Positions 48,767-62,750 of a DNA stretch of 64,000 bases are shown piece after piece. A program made the position numbers and the translations under genes. The notes beneath the pieces are model-generated. The model was not told the DNA's origin, did no database searches, and saw nothing but the letters and a program-made list of their open reading frames with translations. How positions within the stretch are numbered: the first letter of the stretch is position 1; each line of letters begins with the position of its first letter. Origin of the DNA: Azolla caroliniana (taxonomy: Eukaryota; Plantae; Polypodiophyta); NCBI GenBank assembly GCA_043228905.1, contig JBHGNT010000018.1, positions 7,626,001-7,690,000 of the forward strand, read 5' to 3'.

Positions 48767-51700
48767 TGTAGAAAGTAACGTGCGGAAGCAAGTATGAAGA
48801 CCGAACAGAAGGAAGGAAACTCAGGTTCAATGGAGAGCTTGAGCTTACGCAGTATACTCGGGAGAGACAGAGAGAGAAATACAAAAAACTATATTCAACA
48901 ATAAAACTCAATCTGTACATAAGACGTGCTCAGTGAGCACTTTTATACAAGTCCTAGAATGACTGACCGAAGTACTGACAGTACTTCAATGCTCATCAAG
49001 AGCTCCTACACTAACTCCCAAATATATTCCTCACGGAATATCTTTCCTAACGGCCTCCCGGTTTATGAACTCGGCCTAACCGATCGATCCCAACCGATCC
49101 GGTCCTCGGCTTCTTCAGCCGATCCGGCCGATGTTGAGCTTGTCTCTCAACACTCCCCCTCAAGCTCAACTTGAGGCTCTTCGGGATCTTCACAGCACCG
49201 GTTCCTCCTGGCTTCTCGCCTCGCTCGCGCTCCTCGACCTGTTCGACTCCGCGCACTTTGACCCTTCCGGTCGGCTTGTCTGCTCATGTGGCCCTCATCA
49301 GCTCTTCTGTTGTTGCGGTGTTGATGCTTCTTCTGCTGCCTTTTCTTCCGCTTGGGCCTCAGTTGATTCAGCGTGTCTGAATCAAACATCCGAACCGACT
49401 CGGCTACCTCCAATCGGTCTTCGCTGTCGTCCGAGTTGGCTATCTCCAACTCGTCTTCGGTCTTCTCGCCCTCGATGGCGTCATCCTCCTCATGCGTGGT
49501 TGGCTTCAGCTCTCTCCTTCGGTTGCTCCCCTTCTGTCCGCTTCTAAACTTTTCGGCGGGTCCGCCCTCGGCTTCTTCAGCCGATCCGAAGTCGAACTCG
49601 ACAACCGACTCGGTGTCGCGGTCTCCGCTCCTTTCCTGCTGCTTTGCTTGGTCGTTCGGGACTGTTATCCCCCTCAAGTTTGGCACATCGAGGTGACGCA
49701 ATTCGAGCGCACCTGAGAATTGCCGCAACTTGTCCAGACCAAGAGGCTTGGTGAAGATGTCGGCAGTCTACCGATCCGTCGGAACTTACTGAAGTTCGAC
49801 TTCACCGGAAAGGACACGCTCACGGACGAAATGGTAGTGCACCTCAATGTGCTTGGTCCATGCGTGGAAGAGGGGGTTCTTCGCGAGTTGGATGCTGCTG
49901 AGGTTGTCGCAGTAGATCGTCGTTGGATCGGACACCTCCTGTCGCAGGTCCTTAAGTAGCCGCTTCAACCATATGGCTTCGCATGTCGCGACAGCCGCTC
50001 CTCAGGTACTCGGCTTCGGTGCTCTACAGTGGAACTGTCGGCTACTTCTTACTGCTCCACGCGATCGCGGCACTCCCGAGGGAGAACGCGTATCCAGACG
50101 TGGATCGGCGATCGGCGGCGTTGCCAACCCAATCAGCATCGGTGTAGCCGACTAACCGCATGGCTCCACCGGTCTGATATAGCAATCCCCGGTCCTTAGT
50201 GCCGTTGACATACCGAAGTATGCGTTGCGCACACTGAAGGTGCTCCTGGGTAGGTCGCGCCATGAACTGACTGATCACCCCAACCGGATAACTGAGGTCG
50301 GGTCGGGTGATGGTCAAGTATATAAGGCTTCCGACAATTTGTCGGAACCTCGTCGGGTCGCATACCTTTCCCGTATCAGGACAAAGCTTGACGGTTCTGT
50401 CCAGAGGAGTCGAGACGGACTTACAGTCGGCCATCCCGAATTTGAAGAGCATACTCAGCATGTAATGACGTTGGCTGATCAATATGCCTTCGGGGGTACG
50501 GATCACTTCGATCCTGAGGAAGTAATGAAGGTCTCCCAGATCCTTCATGTCGAACGATGCCGCAAGCTGGAGCTTCACACAGTCGATTTCACCTAGGTTG
50601 GCGCCGATGATGACCAAGTCATCGACATATGGTAGAATACTAACCGGGCCGAGTCGACCTTTCCGGATGAACAGGGAAGAGTCCGATTTTGACGTGACGA
50701 AACCCATCCGACACAGTTGTTGCGTGATCTTCGCGTTCCAGGCACGCGGGGCTTGCTTCAGTCTGTAAAGGGACTTCTTCAGTCGGCATACTGCCGAGGA
50801 GTTCGTTCCGGAGTGAAATCCGGGAGGTTGTACCATGTACACTTGTTCTTCAAGGTCACCTTGCAGGAACGCATTCTTTACATCCATTTGATGTAGGTGC
50901 CACCCCTTGGCCGCGCCTAGTGTGAGCAAAACACGAACGATCGTCATTTTCGCGACCAGAGCAAACGTCTCATCGTAGTCGATGCCGTGTTTCTGCGCGT
51001 AGCCCTTTGCCACTAGCCGAGCCTTGTACCGGTTGACTGAGCCATCGGTGTTGTACTTGACCTTGTACACCCACCTACACCCGATCGACTTCCGTTGCAT
51101 CTGTGTCTGCTTGGCCTTGAATTGATCCGGTTCTTCCGAATCTGTCTGTTGAACCGAATCGACTGTCTCCGATTCGTTCCAGCTCTTGTCTAAATCGGTT
51201 GCTCCCGATTCGTCTTCTGGTTCCAAGCCCATCACCACATCGGACCATGTCCAAGTCTTGGCCTTCTTCCTTCGGTCGGCTCTGTCCTTCTTGACTCTGC
51301 CGCCGCTGTCACTTGTTCCGACTTGTTCGAACGTGTCGACTTCCCCTGTCGACTCGGCTCCTTTCTTCTTCTTGACTCTCCCTTCGTCTGTTCTTCCCTC
51401 CCCGGCACAATCGGCAGTCTCTTTGGCTTTGCCCGTTCTCCCCCTCAAGAGTGGCACATCGAGATGTTGAACACCAAGCATTTCGGTGAAGTGCTGCAAC
51501 TTGTCTGATCCGAGTGGTTTGGGGAAGATGTCAGCAACTTGCCGATCTGTGTGAACATACCGAAGTTTGACCTCACCGCTCAGGACACGTTCACGCATGA
51601 AGTGATAGTGCACTTCTATGTGCTTTGTGCAAGCATGGAATACGGGGTTCTTGGCGAGTTGCATGCTGCTTATGTTGTCGCAGTAGACCAGAATCGGGGT

Positions 51701-54700
51701 CGGTACCTCGATCCGTAGGTCTTGCAACAGTCGCTAAAGCCAAATGGCTTCACAGGTGGTAATGGTAGCGCCCCGATACTCAGCCTCAGTGCTCGACAGA
51801 GCAACTGTTGGCTGCTTTTTGCTGCTCCACGCAATAGCTACGCTCGCAAGGGAAACCATAAAACCGGAAGTGGATCTGTGATTCGACGCATCACCGACCC
51901 AGTCGGCATCCATGTAACCGACTAGCTCTTCGGTTATACCTCGCCGGTATAACCGTCCCTAGTCCTTCGTGCCGCTTACATATTGCAGTATCCGCTGCGC
52001 GCACTGAAGGTGCTCCACGGTCGGCTTCTGCATGAACTGACTTATCATTCCGACCGGATAGCTGATGTCGGGTAAATAAGGCTTCCGACAATTTGTTGGA
52101 ACCGTTTCTCGTTGTAGGCCGGTCCGGAGTTGGAACGAAGCTTCTGGTTTCGGTCCAAGGGTGTGGAGACAGGTCGGCATTCTGTCATGCCGAACTTGTA
52201 CAACATATTCAAGACGTAATGTCGTTGTGAGAGCAATATGCCGTCGGGGGTTCGGATCAACTCAATCCCAAGAAAATAATGAAGGTCCCCCAGTTCCTTC
52301 ATCTCAAATGCGTTCGACAACTTGGAGTTGACGCAGTTGACTGCTGGAAGACCTGGTCCGGTGATGACTAAATCATCAACATACAGCAGGATACATACCG
52401 GACTGTTGACATCAAGTGCCCGCATTTCTTCCTTCATAGCGGCACGCCAATTGGTGTCCTTTGCCGCTTCTGCGTAGCTCTCCGGCTCACGCACTTCTGC
52501 CACCTTAGTCATGTACGAATAGTGATGCTCCATGTACTCATTGTACCTGTACCGCTTGACGAGATCCTTCTGGCGGGTGGACCGGTGTAACTCACCGTTA
52601 CCCGGTTTGAGGCCCTTCTTGGCCGGTTCGGTCTTCGTTGCCAAAGATCCGCCTTTCTCCTTGCCGGAGTTGGATGCACACCGATCTGACTCATCGTTGC
52701 CGGTTTCGAATTCTGGCATATTTTTCTTCCCTTTCTCTTTGCGCGGGGAAAGCATGACAGAGTCTCCACTACTCGTCGGCTCCTCATCGGACTGGTCAGA
52801 TTGACTCAGTCTCTCGTTCCGCCCAATCAACCGAAACGATTCCGGACTCTAATCCTGAATCCACACTTCATCATCTACTTGGGCTGGTTCAGTCTCACTA
52901 GCCTCATCCTCCGGCATGGGGTCGGATTTGGAAGTCGAAGCCGGTAAGGAGTACCATGATGCCAATTCATCGAACTCGACATCTCGACAGACTCGGACCT
53001 GCTTTGGCCAGGGGTTATAACACTGATAACCCTTTTGCTCTTCAGCATAGCCGATTAGGATGCATTTTTCCGATTTTGCATCTAGCTTCCTCCGCTTCTC
53101 ATCTGGTACATGCACATATGCAATGCTACCAAAGATCTTAAGGTGTCTCAAATTCGGATTGCACCCGAAATATAGCTCCTGAGCTGACACCTTATCACCG
53201 ATCCGGTTCTGGATGTAGACAGTCATTCGGACTGCCTCCACCCAGTAGAATTTGGGCATGCTCTTCTCCTCCAGCATTGCCCTTGCTGCATCAATGAGCA
53301 ACCGGTTCTTCCTTTCAGCAACACCGTTCTGTTGCGGTGTGTATCTGCAGTTGAACTCTCGCTGAATTCCCTTTTGCTGCAGATAATTGTTGAATTGGCC
53401 GGAAAAGTATTCTTTTCCGCCATCTGACCGCAGGCATTTGATCTTCCTCTCCGATTCCTGTTCCACCATGCTTTGGAGACTCTGGAAACACTCGAAGACT
53501 TCACTCTTCCGCTCAATGAGGTAGATCCATGTGTGCCGCGTATAGTCGTTGATGAAGGAGACGAAATATCGACTCCTGCCAAGACTAACATTCTGTGCCA
53601 GTCCCCACACATCTGAATGGATAAGGTTGAGCTTGTTACGGCTCCGGTTATGTTCGGTGGGGAATGGAAGCCGGTGTTGCTTCCCGAGTTGGCAGGCTTC
53701 ACATACTTGGGCCTTCCGGCCGCTAAACTTCGGCAAACCGAAAACAACTTGTTTCCCTTGCAGGTCTTGAAGCCTCCGGTAATTGACGTGGCCTATCCGC
53801 TTGTGCCACAGGTCGATGTCTGATTCGACCTTCTGTCCTTTTGCAAATAGAGCGGTGCCGACATCATTGGTGTCAAGGATAAACATCCTCCCATCTCTGC
53901 GCCCTTGCGCAATAATCTGGCCCTCTTCCTCAATGAAGCACTCGAGGTGCGTAAACCGCACCTGCATCCCTTGGTCGACGATCTGTCTGACCGACACTAG
54001 GTTCTTCGTGATTGTCGAAACGTGTAATACGTTCATCAGCTTCCCCTTCTGTTCGACGTGGCTTAAAGGGACTTCTCCGACGTGCACGATTGGGTGAGGA
54101 GTGTCGTCTCCGGTTTCGACTACTCCTGGTTGATCTGGTTTCTCCAAAAAGGAGAACCACTCTTTGTGGTTCGATGCACCGGAATCAACATACCACATTT
54201 CCTCAAATTTGGAAGTGGTCTTCTTCATCGAGTTCGTCTCGTGCTTCATCACCAAGGCTGGCCTGTTACCGTTCTTGGATCCTCCTGATCCCTTCGCGTA
54301 GTGCGAGCTTTGCTGGCCGTCCTTGTCGGCCTTGCCGGATCCGGACTTGTCCGAATCGGCGCGTTTTCTCCAGCACTCGATTTCTTTGTGGCCCTTTTTG
54401 CCACAGTACCATCATTCCGTTGCAGTCTTCTCTTGCTGTCTTCCGGTGCCGCCATGACTCCCCCTGCTCCCGGAGGGTCCGGAATTGTTGTCGGCACGTT
54501 CTCTTTGCCTTTGTTCCTGGTCTTGCCAGTCGCCTCCATTGCGTGCCGACCTGCCTCGTCCACCATGCCCACAGGGCCGATCCGCTTCCGTGTACAACAT
54601 CTGGTTGTCAATGGGTGCGCTAGTTGACGCACCGGCGTGGTTCTCCTCTACAAGGAGCATCGATTGTAGGTCGAAAAATGACGGCGTATTCTCCCTGGTA

Positions 54701-55684
54701 CATACCACCGTTCGGAACGCTCTGAACTTAGACGCTAGGCCCCCAAGAAAACTTGTCTTCCTCTATGGTAACATTGATAGAGGCAAGCAAGTCACAGATC
54801 TCTTTGATCCGGGCCGTGTAATCCGCCACCTACATGTCCTTCTGTCGGACATTTCTCAACTCCTATCGGAGTTGTAGCTTCCAGGTTGTAGTGCTCGTGG
54901 CGAAAACCTTCTTCAGGTTTCCCCAAGCCTCCTTCGGCGTCTTGGCGTCTCGGATGTGGCTCAGTAGCTGGTCTCCGACACTAGACGCAAAGCAGTACAT
55001 CACTCTGCTTGCCGATTGTTCCCACACTGGGAAATCCTTATGTGCCGCATCAGGTGCTGTTTCGTTGGCTCCTTCGACGAAACTCCAGTAGCCATACCCA
55101 AGCAGGTACTGGTGCATCTTGTATGACCAAGATGCGTAGTTGGATCTGTCGAGTTTCTCCACAGGAAGCAAGCTAGCCATTCCTCTATCCATCACTTCTC
55201 TGTCTGTTGTTCTTGCGACCTGTTAGGGTTTGCTTTCAAGCGTTTGTCGGTTGCAGAGGTTCTCAACCCTCGCGTTCTGATACCATGTAAACGATTACTT
55301 GCGGAAGCGTTGGAAAATAGAGAAAGCAGAGAAAGCACAGAGTACACTGGAGAGATAGAGAGAGCAAAACCTAAAAGCTATATTCAAAACAACATAAGCA
55401 CTCTGTACATACAATTGTGCTCAGTAGCACTATTTATACAAGTCCTCGTGGGACTGACAGAAGTACCACGTACTTCAATGCTCACACGAGCATCTGACAC
55501 TTACTAGGAGACTATAACTGCCTAATAGTCTAAACTAATACTAGGCTTCCGGTTACCGATTGGATCCGGCTAATCGGCTCCCTAGCTCACCGGCTCTATT
55601 GCTTGCCGGCTCAGTTGCTCACCGGCTTACCGATCCATCTCGCTCACCGGCTCGGGCTTATCCAGTTGAGCTTGCCGATCAACA
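48767..55684 (-). mobile_element. Chimeric Ty1/copia: 5' LTR 55286-55684, PBS, gag, PR-INT, deleted RT, RH plus extension, second RT-RH plus extension, 3' LTR 48767-49152
   Basis: TGGTATCAGAAC PBS, WYVDSGAS and RSDGGKEY. Two RNase H copies (about 49680-50150 and 51450-51900). The LTRs are non-identical and there is no TSD. Confidence 0.88.
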
Positions 55685-58600
55685 ATCCACATATAGGAGG
55701 ATTATCAGGAAATCTCCTCCGTCAAATTTCTTCACAAACACGCAGTGATCGACCTACGTCTTGTGATACCCTTGGTCGGTCATGAAGGAGTCGAATTTCC
55801 AGTACCATTGCCGGGGAGCTTGCTTCAATCCGTACAAGCTCTTCTTCAGCCGGCACACCAGGTGCTCCTTCCCTCTCTTCTCAAATCCTTCCGGTTGCTG
55901 CATGGAGATCTGTTCTTCGAGGTCGCCATGTAGGAATGTCGTCTTGACGTCCAGTTGCTCTCCCTCGAGATTTATGCTTGCAGCTTTGCTCAAAACCGTC
56001 TGGATGTCATATTTACTACCCGGGCGAAAATATCATCGAATTCTACTCCCTTCTTATATTGGAAACCCTTCACTACAATTCGAGCTTTGTATCTTAGCGG
56101 GTTTCCGGCATCTCCCGGTTTCAGCTTGTACACCCACTTGTTCTGGAGTGCTCTCTTCCCTTTCGACAACTCTGTCAGTTCATATGTGTGGTTCTCATCT
56201 AGGGAATCCATGTCATCCTGCATGGCAGTCAACCACTTTCCGACTCCTGCTCATTGGTTAGCAACACATGCTCTACATCCGAAAATTTCCAATTCGGGAT
56301 CTTCCCTCTCGGAGAGGATATCTCTGTCCTTGGTTTCTGACTATCAGTTCCTCTGTTTGTTCCTCATCCGAATCCAATTCGGGATCTTTTTCGGTTCCGA
56401 TGTGCTCTTCTTCGGTCAGTTCGGTTTCTTGTCCATATTTGACTGGTTCGTCGAGCGTCCTCTTGTTGCCAGCCAACGTCCGGTTTTCAACCGGGTAGGT
56501 CCTTGTGTCCTCAAACCGGTTTACATTGGATGATCCGGAGTTCATCATCTTCTTCTCTGACACCCAGTCGGCAATGGTTCCGTCTTCCATGAAGACTATT
56601 TCCCGACTCCAGAACACCTTCTTGTTGACCAGATCCCACACCCGGTAATCGAACTCATCATCGCCATATCCAAGGAATATGCATGTCCGAGACTTCGGAT
56701 CTAGCTTTGCTCTCTTGTCCTTTGCAACATGCACATATGCGAGACACCCGAACACCTTCAGGTGGCGGTAAGATACATCTTTACCGGTCCATACTTTTTG
56801 AGGCGAGTCTCCTTCCAAGGATGATCTGTTTATCACATAGGTCGCTGTCATCATCGCTTCAGCCGAAAAGTCCTAGGTAACTTAGCATGTGCAAGCATGC
56901 TCCAGACTCTCTCCATTCTGGTCCGGTTCATCCTTTCGGCCCGTCCATTTAGTTCCGACGTCTTCGGCACGGTAAACTCGAGCCGGATTCCCTTCGGCCG
57001 ACAGTACTCCTCGAACTGCCCCCGGTATTCTCCTCTGTTGTCTGCTCGAACCGCCTTTAGCTTCCGGCCAGATTCTCTTTCCACTCTCGCGTGGAGCTTC
57101 TTGAAGACGGATAGTACCTGATCCTTCATCTTCGACAGTGAGACCCACAACTTTCGGTTGTGGTCGTCTATGAATGTCACAAAGTACTGCGATTCGGAAT
57201 GTGACTTTGTGTCCACTTGACACACATCGGTAGGCACCAGCTCAAGTGGTGCATTCCGTCTCATCGGTGGTCTTGACCGAAAGGCGGTTTGGTTTTGCTT
57301 GCCGGCCAAGCAATCAATGCACTTCTCAAGTTGCACGTCCTTCATCGGAATGAGATTGTCTTCGATAAGTCTCTTCATCCCCATTCAGGCATGCATCAGG
57401 TATAATGTGTTGATTTTCTGGGCTCGCGCCACAATCAAGCTTCATTTGCTGAACTTCATGACTCCGTTCCGGATGCTACCCGTGTACCCTTCATCATCTA
57501 GCGGACCAGCACATATCAGGTTCAGTCGAAGCTTCGGAACGTGTCGGACATCCTTCAACAACAACTTGCATCTCCTATGCCGACAATTCGGCATGTACCT
57601 TCATTCCCCATCTGGACACAACCATGATCACTGGTTGTGTAGGATGAGAAGCATTTCCGGTCCAGAGTCAAGTGGAACGATGCTCTGGAATCGACAACCC
57701 ACGTTGTCTCGTCACTGACAAGGTTTAACTCATTCTCCTTAGTAATGAGCATCAGTTCTTCTTCACTTTCTGCGATCGCCAATGTTCCTTTTCGATCCGG
57801 GCCTGTCCGGTCAGAACCGTTTCGGTTCGAACTCTTCTTCGGGTTGGTAGTGTTGGTTTCTTTCTCTTTCCGGAAATGCCGACAGTTCTTTTGGAAGTGC
57901 CCCGGCTTCCCACAGTAGAAGCAAGTAGGCCTCCCCCTTGACTTCGACCTAGTCCCCGATTTATCCCGGTTTTGGGGACTCCGATAGTGGCCTCTCCCCC
58001 GGTTTTGGTCATCTTTAGTGACCAAGGCCTTCGGATCGGTTCCAAACTCCCAGTCCTTCCGACGAGCTTCTTCATCTACCAAGCTTGAGTTTACCCTTGT
58101 TAGGGACAACAACTTTCCTTCCGGCCTGGCATTGTCCAATGTGATAACTAGCATCTCCCAACTATCCGGGAGGGAACCGAGCAAGAGTACTGCAAGTACC
58201 TCATCGACGAGAGGTACTTCCAACGAGGTGGCTTGGTGTATTAGCCCTTGGAAGGCATTCATGTGCTCTGCCATACTGGAGCCGTCTTGGTACCGGAGCC
58301 TCACTAACTTCCGGAATACCGAAACCCGATTAACGGCATTTTAGTTTTGGAACATGATGCAGATCTTCTCCTAGAGATCATCAGCCTTACTCTCTTCATT
58401 GAAGTTGTTGTATAGGCTAATGTCGATGAAGCACCGGATGTATGTCGTCGTCTTCATGTGCATCACCTCCCACAGTGTGGCATCGATCTTATCTGGTATC
58501 TTGTCCCCGAACTGAACCGGCAACCAAAGGTCTTTAACCACCAACATATCCCTCATATTCGACTTCCACACTGAGTAATTGAGCCGGTGAGCTTGAACAT

Positions 58601-59217
58601 GCCACCGAACGATTCTTCCATTTCTTGTGTTGTTTGCTCTGATACCAGATTGTGCGAAAAATAGCGTTCCGCCACAACCGACTCTTTGATCACTTCTTCG
58701 AGAATCAAACACAGAAATGGGAATATAGATGAATACTCGTACACCAAAAGAAAGTACACAGGATGTTTACGTGGAAAACCCTAATAGGGAAAAACCACGG
58801 GAGCCCACGGACCCCAAACTATCCCTATATGAGAAAGGTACAATCAGAGGCTTAGAGGCAAAAACCTCGAGCCCTGTTTCTTCGCTAGCCGATGGTTACA
58901 ATAGAGTATCGCTCTGTATCTCTCTCTCACACACACACACTCTCTGTGTACAATAGTTATGCACATACCACAACATGATAACCTTCATTGTCCACACACC
59001 CTACATAGTGATTGCCCTAAGTCATACTTATACTTATATGAACTTAGGGCTATTTACAAATATAGCCTCAATAGGCTGACTCAACACATTTACAAATATG
59101 TCTTCTCCTCCGGTTCTCACCAGGTCCATCCGATCTGGTTTCCGGATCTCTTCCGGTTCTCACCAGGCCCTCTTTATTCATAACCGGATCCCATCCAGAG
59201 GGACCGATTTCCCAATA
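55685..59217 (-). mobile_element. Ty1/copia 5' portion (LTR 58651-59217, PBS-Met, gag CCHC, PR, INT, RT cut at YVD|D)
   Basis: TGGTATCAGAGC at 58636-58647, CFYCGKPGHFQKNC, WVVDSRAS and RADNRGEY. Confidence 0.9.
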
Positions 59218-60455
59218 GGGTCTTGGCCTTCTCGTTCCGGTTGGCTCTGTCCTTCTTGACTCTGCCGTTGTTGCCGCTTGCTCCGACTTGTTTGGATATG
59301 CCGACTTCTTCAGTCAACTCGGCTCCCCTTTTCTTCTTCTCTCCCCCTATTTTGGTTGTTTCCTTCTATCCGATTGCTTGTCCGATGCCCTTACCTGTTT
59401 TCCTGGTTTTTGTTCTGGTTTTCCTTGCATCAATACTAGTTGGAACGGTTCTCCCCATATCAGTACAGGTTCTCCCCCCTCAAGTGCGGCATGTCAAGAT
59501 GTTGAAGACCAAGCATCTCCAAAAAACGTTGCAACTTGTCGATTTCGAGTGCCTTGGTGAAGATGTTGGAAACCTTCTGATCCATCCAGATATACCGAGT
59601 TCGACTTGATCGTTAAGGACCCGCTCATGCACAAAGTGATAATGCACTTCTATGTGCTTTTTCTGAGCATGGAACACAAGGTTCTTGGCTAGGTGCATGT
59701 TGCTCATGTTGTCGCAGTAGATTGGGATTGGAGTCGATACTTTGATCCAGAGGTCTTGTAGTAGTCGCCGAAGCCACATGGCTTCATAGGGTGGCAACTA
59801 TAGCACTCCGATACTCAGCCTCACTCCTCGATAGAGCCATTGTCGGCTGCCTTTTGCTACTCCACAGAACAACCACACTACCTAGAGAGAACATGTAACT
59901 GGAAGCTTTTCAGTTATTTAGTGTCAATATAATAGTCCCGGATCCTTAGTGCCGCTAACATACTTGAGTATTCGGTGCACGCACTGAAGGTGCTCCGTGG
60001 TTGGCTTCTACATGAATTGACTTATGATCCAAACCAGATAGCTGATGTTGGGTTGGGTGATAGTGAGATAAATGAGGCTTCCGACAATATGTCGGAACCA
60101 TTTCTCTTTGGAGGCCGGTCTGGAGTCAGGACGTAGCTTGAGGTTCTAGTCGAGGGGTGTCAAGACTGGTCGGCAATCGGTCATGCTGAACTTGTACAAC
60201 ATTGAGCTGCCAAATAACTACATGGTTGTGGACACCATAGCGGCATGTGAATGTGCGTCCTTTGCCGCTTCTGCATAGCTTTCAGTACAACACACTTCCG
60301 CCATCTTAGTCATGTACGCATAGTGATGTGCCCATGTACTCATTATAGACGTACCATTTTACGGGGCTCTTTTAGCAGGTGGATCGGTGTAATTTCTCAT
60401 TAGCCGATTTCAAGGCCCTCTTGGCCAACTCAGACTTCATTTTCGGTTCGACTCA
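59218..60455 (-). mobile_element. Fragment of the extension-bearing copia family (deleted RT, RNase H, extension)
   Basis: IYCDNMS...KHIEVHYHFV, homologous to 51240-52640. Confidence 0.85.
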
Positions 60456-60462
60456 TCTTTGC

Positions 60463-61673
60463 CAATGGTTCACCGTTCCAAAGAAAGATGGTTCTCTAAG
60501 ATTCATTCATGATCTACAACCAGTCAACAAAGTCAAAATCCGAAATGCAGGAATGGGATGGATCATTGATGAATTTTCAGAAGCTTTTGCTTGGGAGAGC
60601 AATTTACTCTATAGGAGACCTATATTCAGGATACGACCAATTTCAGCTAGCAATCGATAGTCACAATATCACAACAATGAAAACACCAATTGGGTTAGTT
60701 TGGATGTGCACTCTACCTCAAGGTGCAACAAATTCAATTGCTCATGTGATGAATGCAATGAACAAAGTTCTACATGAGTACATCCCAAAAGTAACAATGC
60801 CAGTTTTAGATGATATTCCTATTTAGGAATGCTTAGAGAGAGAGAAAGATGAGACTATGGTTGGAAATGGTTGCAGAAAGTTTGTGATGGATCACAAATT
60901 AATGATTGTGAAAGTATTTTAAATAAGCTTGAGCAAGTACATTTGACACTATCAGGAACAAAGTCAAGCTTTGGGCAGAACGAAGTTCTGATAGTTGGTC
61001 ATATGTGTGGCTGGTATGGGAGGAAGCCGTCACCGATCAAAATTAACGCAATACAAAATATGAAGGGGTTTGCGAATCGGTAACAGAGGTGAGAAGATGT
61101 TTAGGTGCATGTGTGTTTTATCATATTTGGTTACCATACTATGCACATGTATCAAATCCTCTCTACCAACTTTTAAGAAAAGGGAAGAAGTTTATTTGGA
61201 TTGATGAACATACACAAGTGCTTCAACAATTGAAAGAAGCATTATTGAAAGCGTCAGTTCTTCGTCAAGCAGACTACAAAGGTGAAAGATCAATTATAGT
61301 GATAGTTGATACTAGCCCAATTGGGATCGGTTAGGTTATCAACCAAGAAGATGAAGACCAACATCGATATTCTATCAGGTTTGGTGCAAAGATATTAAAT
61401 GAAAGACAAAGAAATTATGCACAAGTTAAACGAGAATTGTGGGGTTTGCTTACTGCATTAAAAATAGATAGAGATTACTTGATCGGAGCAGATGTCGTAG
61501 TTGAAACAGATTGTTTGCCACTCATCGGAATGATAGCAAGTTGCACGACACCAGATATTGCAATGCTTCGGTGGATTGCATACATCAGAACCATGAACCC
61601 AGAATTACGGTATATGAAGAGCAAAGAGAACCCAGTCGCAGATATGTTGTCAAGAGAAATGTTCATAAATTAA
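60463..61673 (+). pseudogene. Ty3/gypsy RT-RNase H fragment
   Basis: WFTVPKKDG, DLYSGYDQ, LPQGATNS, VLDDIP, VDTSP, ETDCLPL and NPVADMLSR. Confidence 0.9.
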
Positions 61674-61679
61674 AGGGTG

Positions 61680-62750
61680 ATGCAGCTAATTAGCTATTAC
61701 AAGTAACTAGTTAGCAATGATCATATTCTGATGTAGTTGATAACTATTGTGGTAGCTAATTAGCTAATAATAGCTATGATCATATTTGGATGTAGCTAAT
61801 TAGCTGTTGTGGTAGCTAATAAGCTGATAATAGGTAGTTAGCTCTGGTCATATTCTAATGTTAATTAGCAACAATTGTAGCTAATTAGCTAATAGTAGCT
61901 AGTTAGCTACTATCAATAACTAGTTAGCTATTATCAGTAGCTAGTTAGCTATTGGCAATAACTAATTAACTATTAAGAGTAGCTAATTAGCTATTGCCAA
62001 TAGCTAATTACCTATCAATAGTAGTTAGTTAGCTATTTCGAATAACTAGTTAGTTATGATTATATTCTGATGTAGATAATTAGTTGTTGTGGTAGCTAAT
62101 TAGTTGATAATAGCTAGTAAGCTATTGGCAATAGCTATTTAGCTATTTCTAGTAGTTAGATAGCTATTGTCATATTCTGATGCTAATTAGAAACGGTTGT
62201 AGCTAATTAGCTCATAATAACTAGTTAGCTATTGCCAATAGCTAATTAGCTATTAAGAGTAGCTAATTACCAAATACCAATAGCTAATTAGCTATTAAGA
62301 GTAGCTAATTACCAAATACCAATAGCTAATTAGCTATTAAGAGTAGTTAATTAATTATTACAAATAGCTAATTACCTATTACCAATAGCCAATTACCGAT
62401 TACTAGTAGCTTGTTAGCTATTTCGAGTAGCTAGTTAGGTATGATCATATTCTGATGTAGCTAATTAGCTATTGTGGTAGCTAATTAGTTGATAATAGCT
62501 ATGATCATATTCTTATGTAGCTAATTAGCTATTTTGGTAGCTAATTAGCTGATAATAACTACCTAGCTATTGGTAATAGCTATTTAGCTATTACCAGTAG
62601 TTCGTTAGTTATGGTCATATTCTGATGCTAATTAGCAACGGTTGTAGCTAATTAGCTGATAATAGTTAGTTAGCTATTGTGAATAGCTAATTACCTATTA
62701 CCAATAGCTAATTAGCTATTATTAGTAGGTAGTTAGCTATTATTAGTAGG
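61680..62750. repeat. TAGCTAATTAGCTA palindrome array, distinct linker variant
   Basis: About 1.07 kb, with higher-order unit ATGATCATATTCTGATGTAGCTAATTAGCTATTGTGG. Confidence 0.9.

Noticed and set aside
53223-54632. Long alternative-frame ORFs over copia gag/INT
   Set aside because: Expected shadows in GC-rich TE coding sequence.
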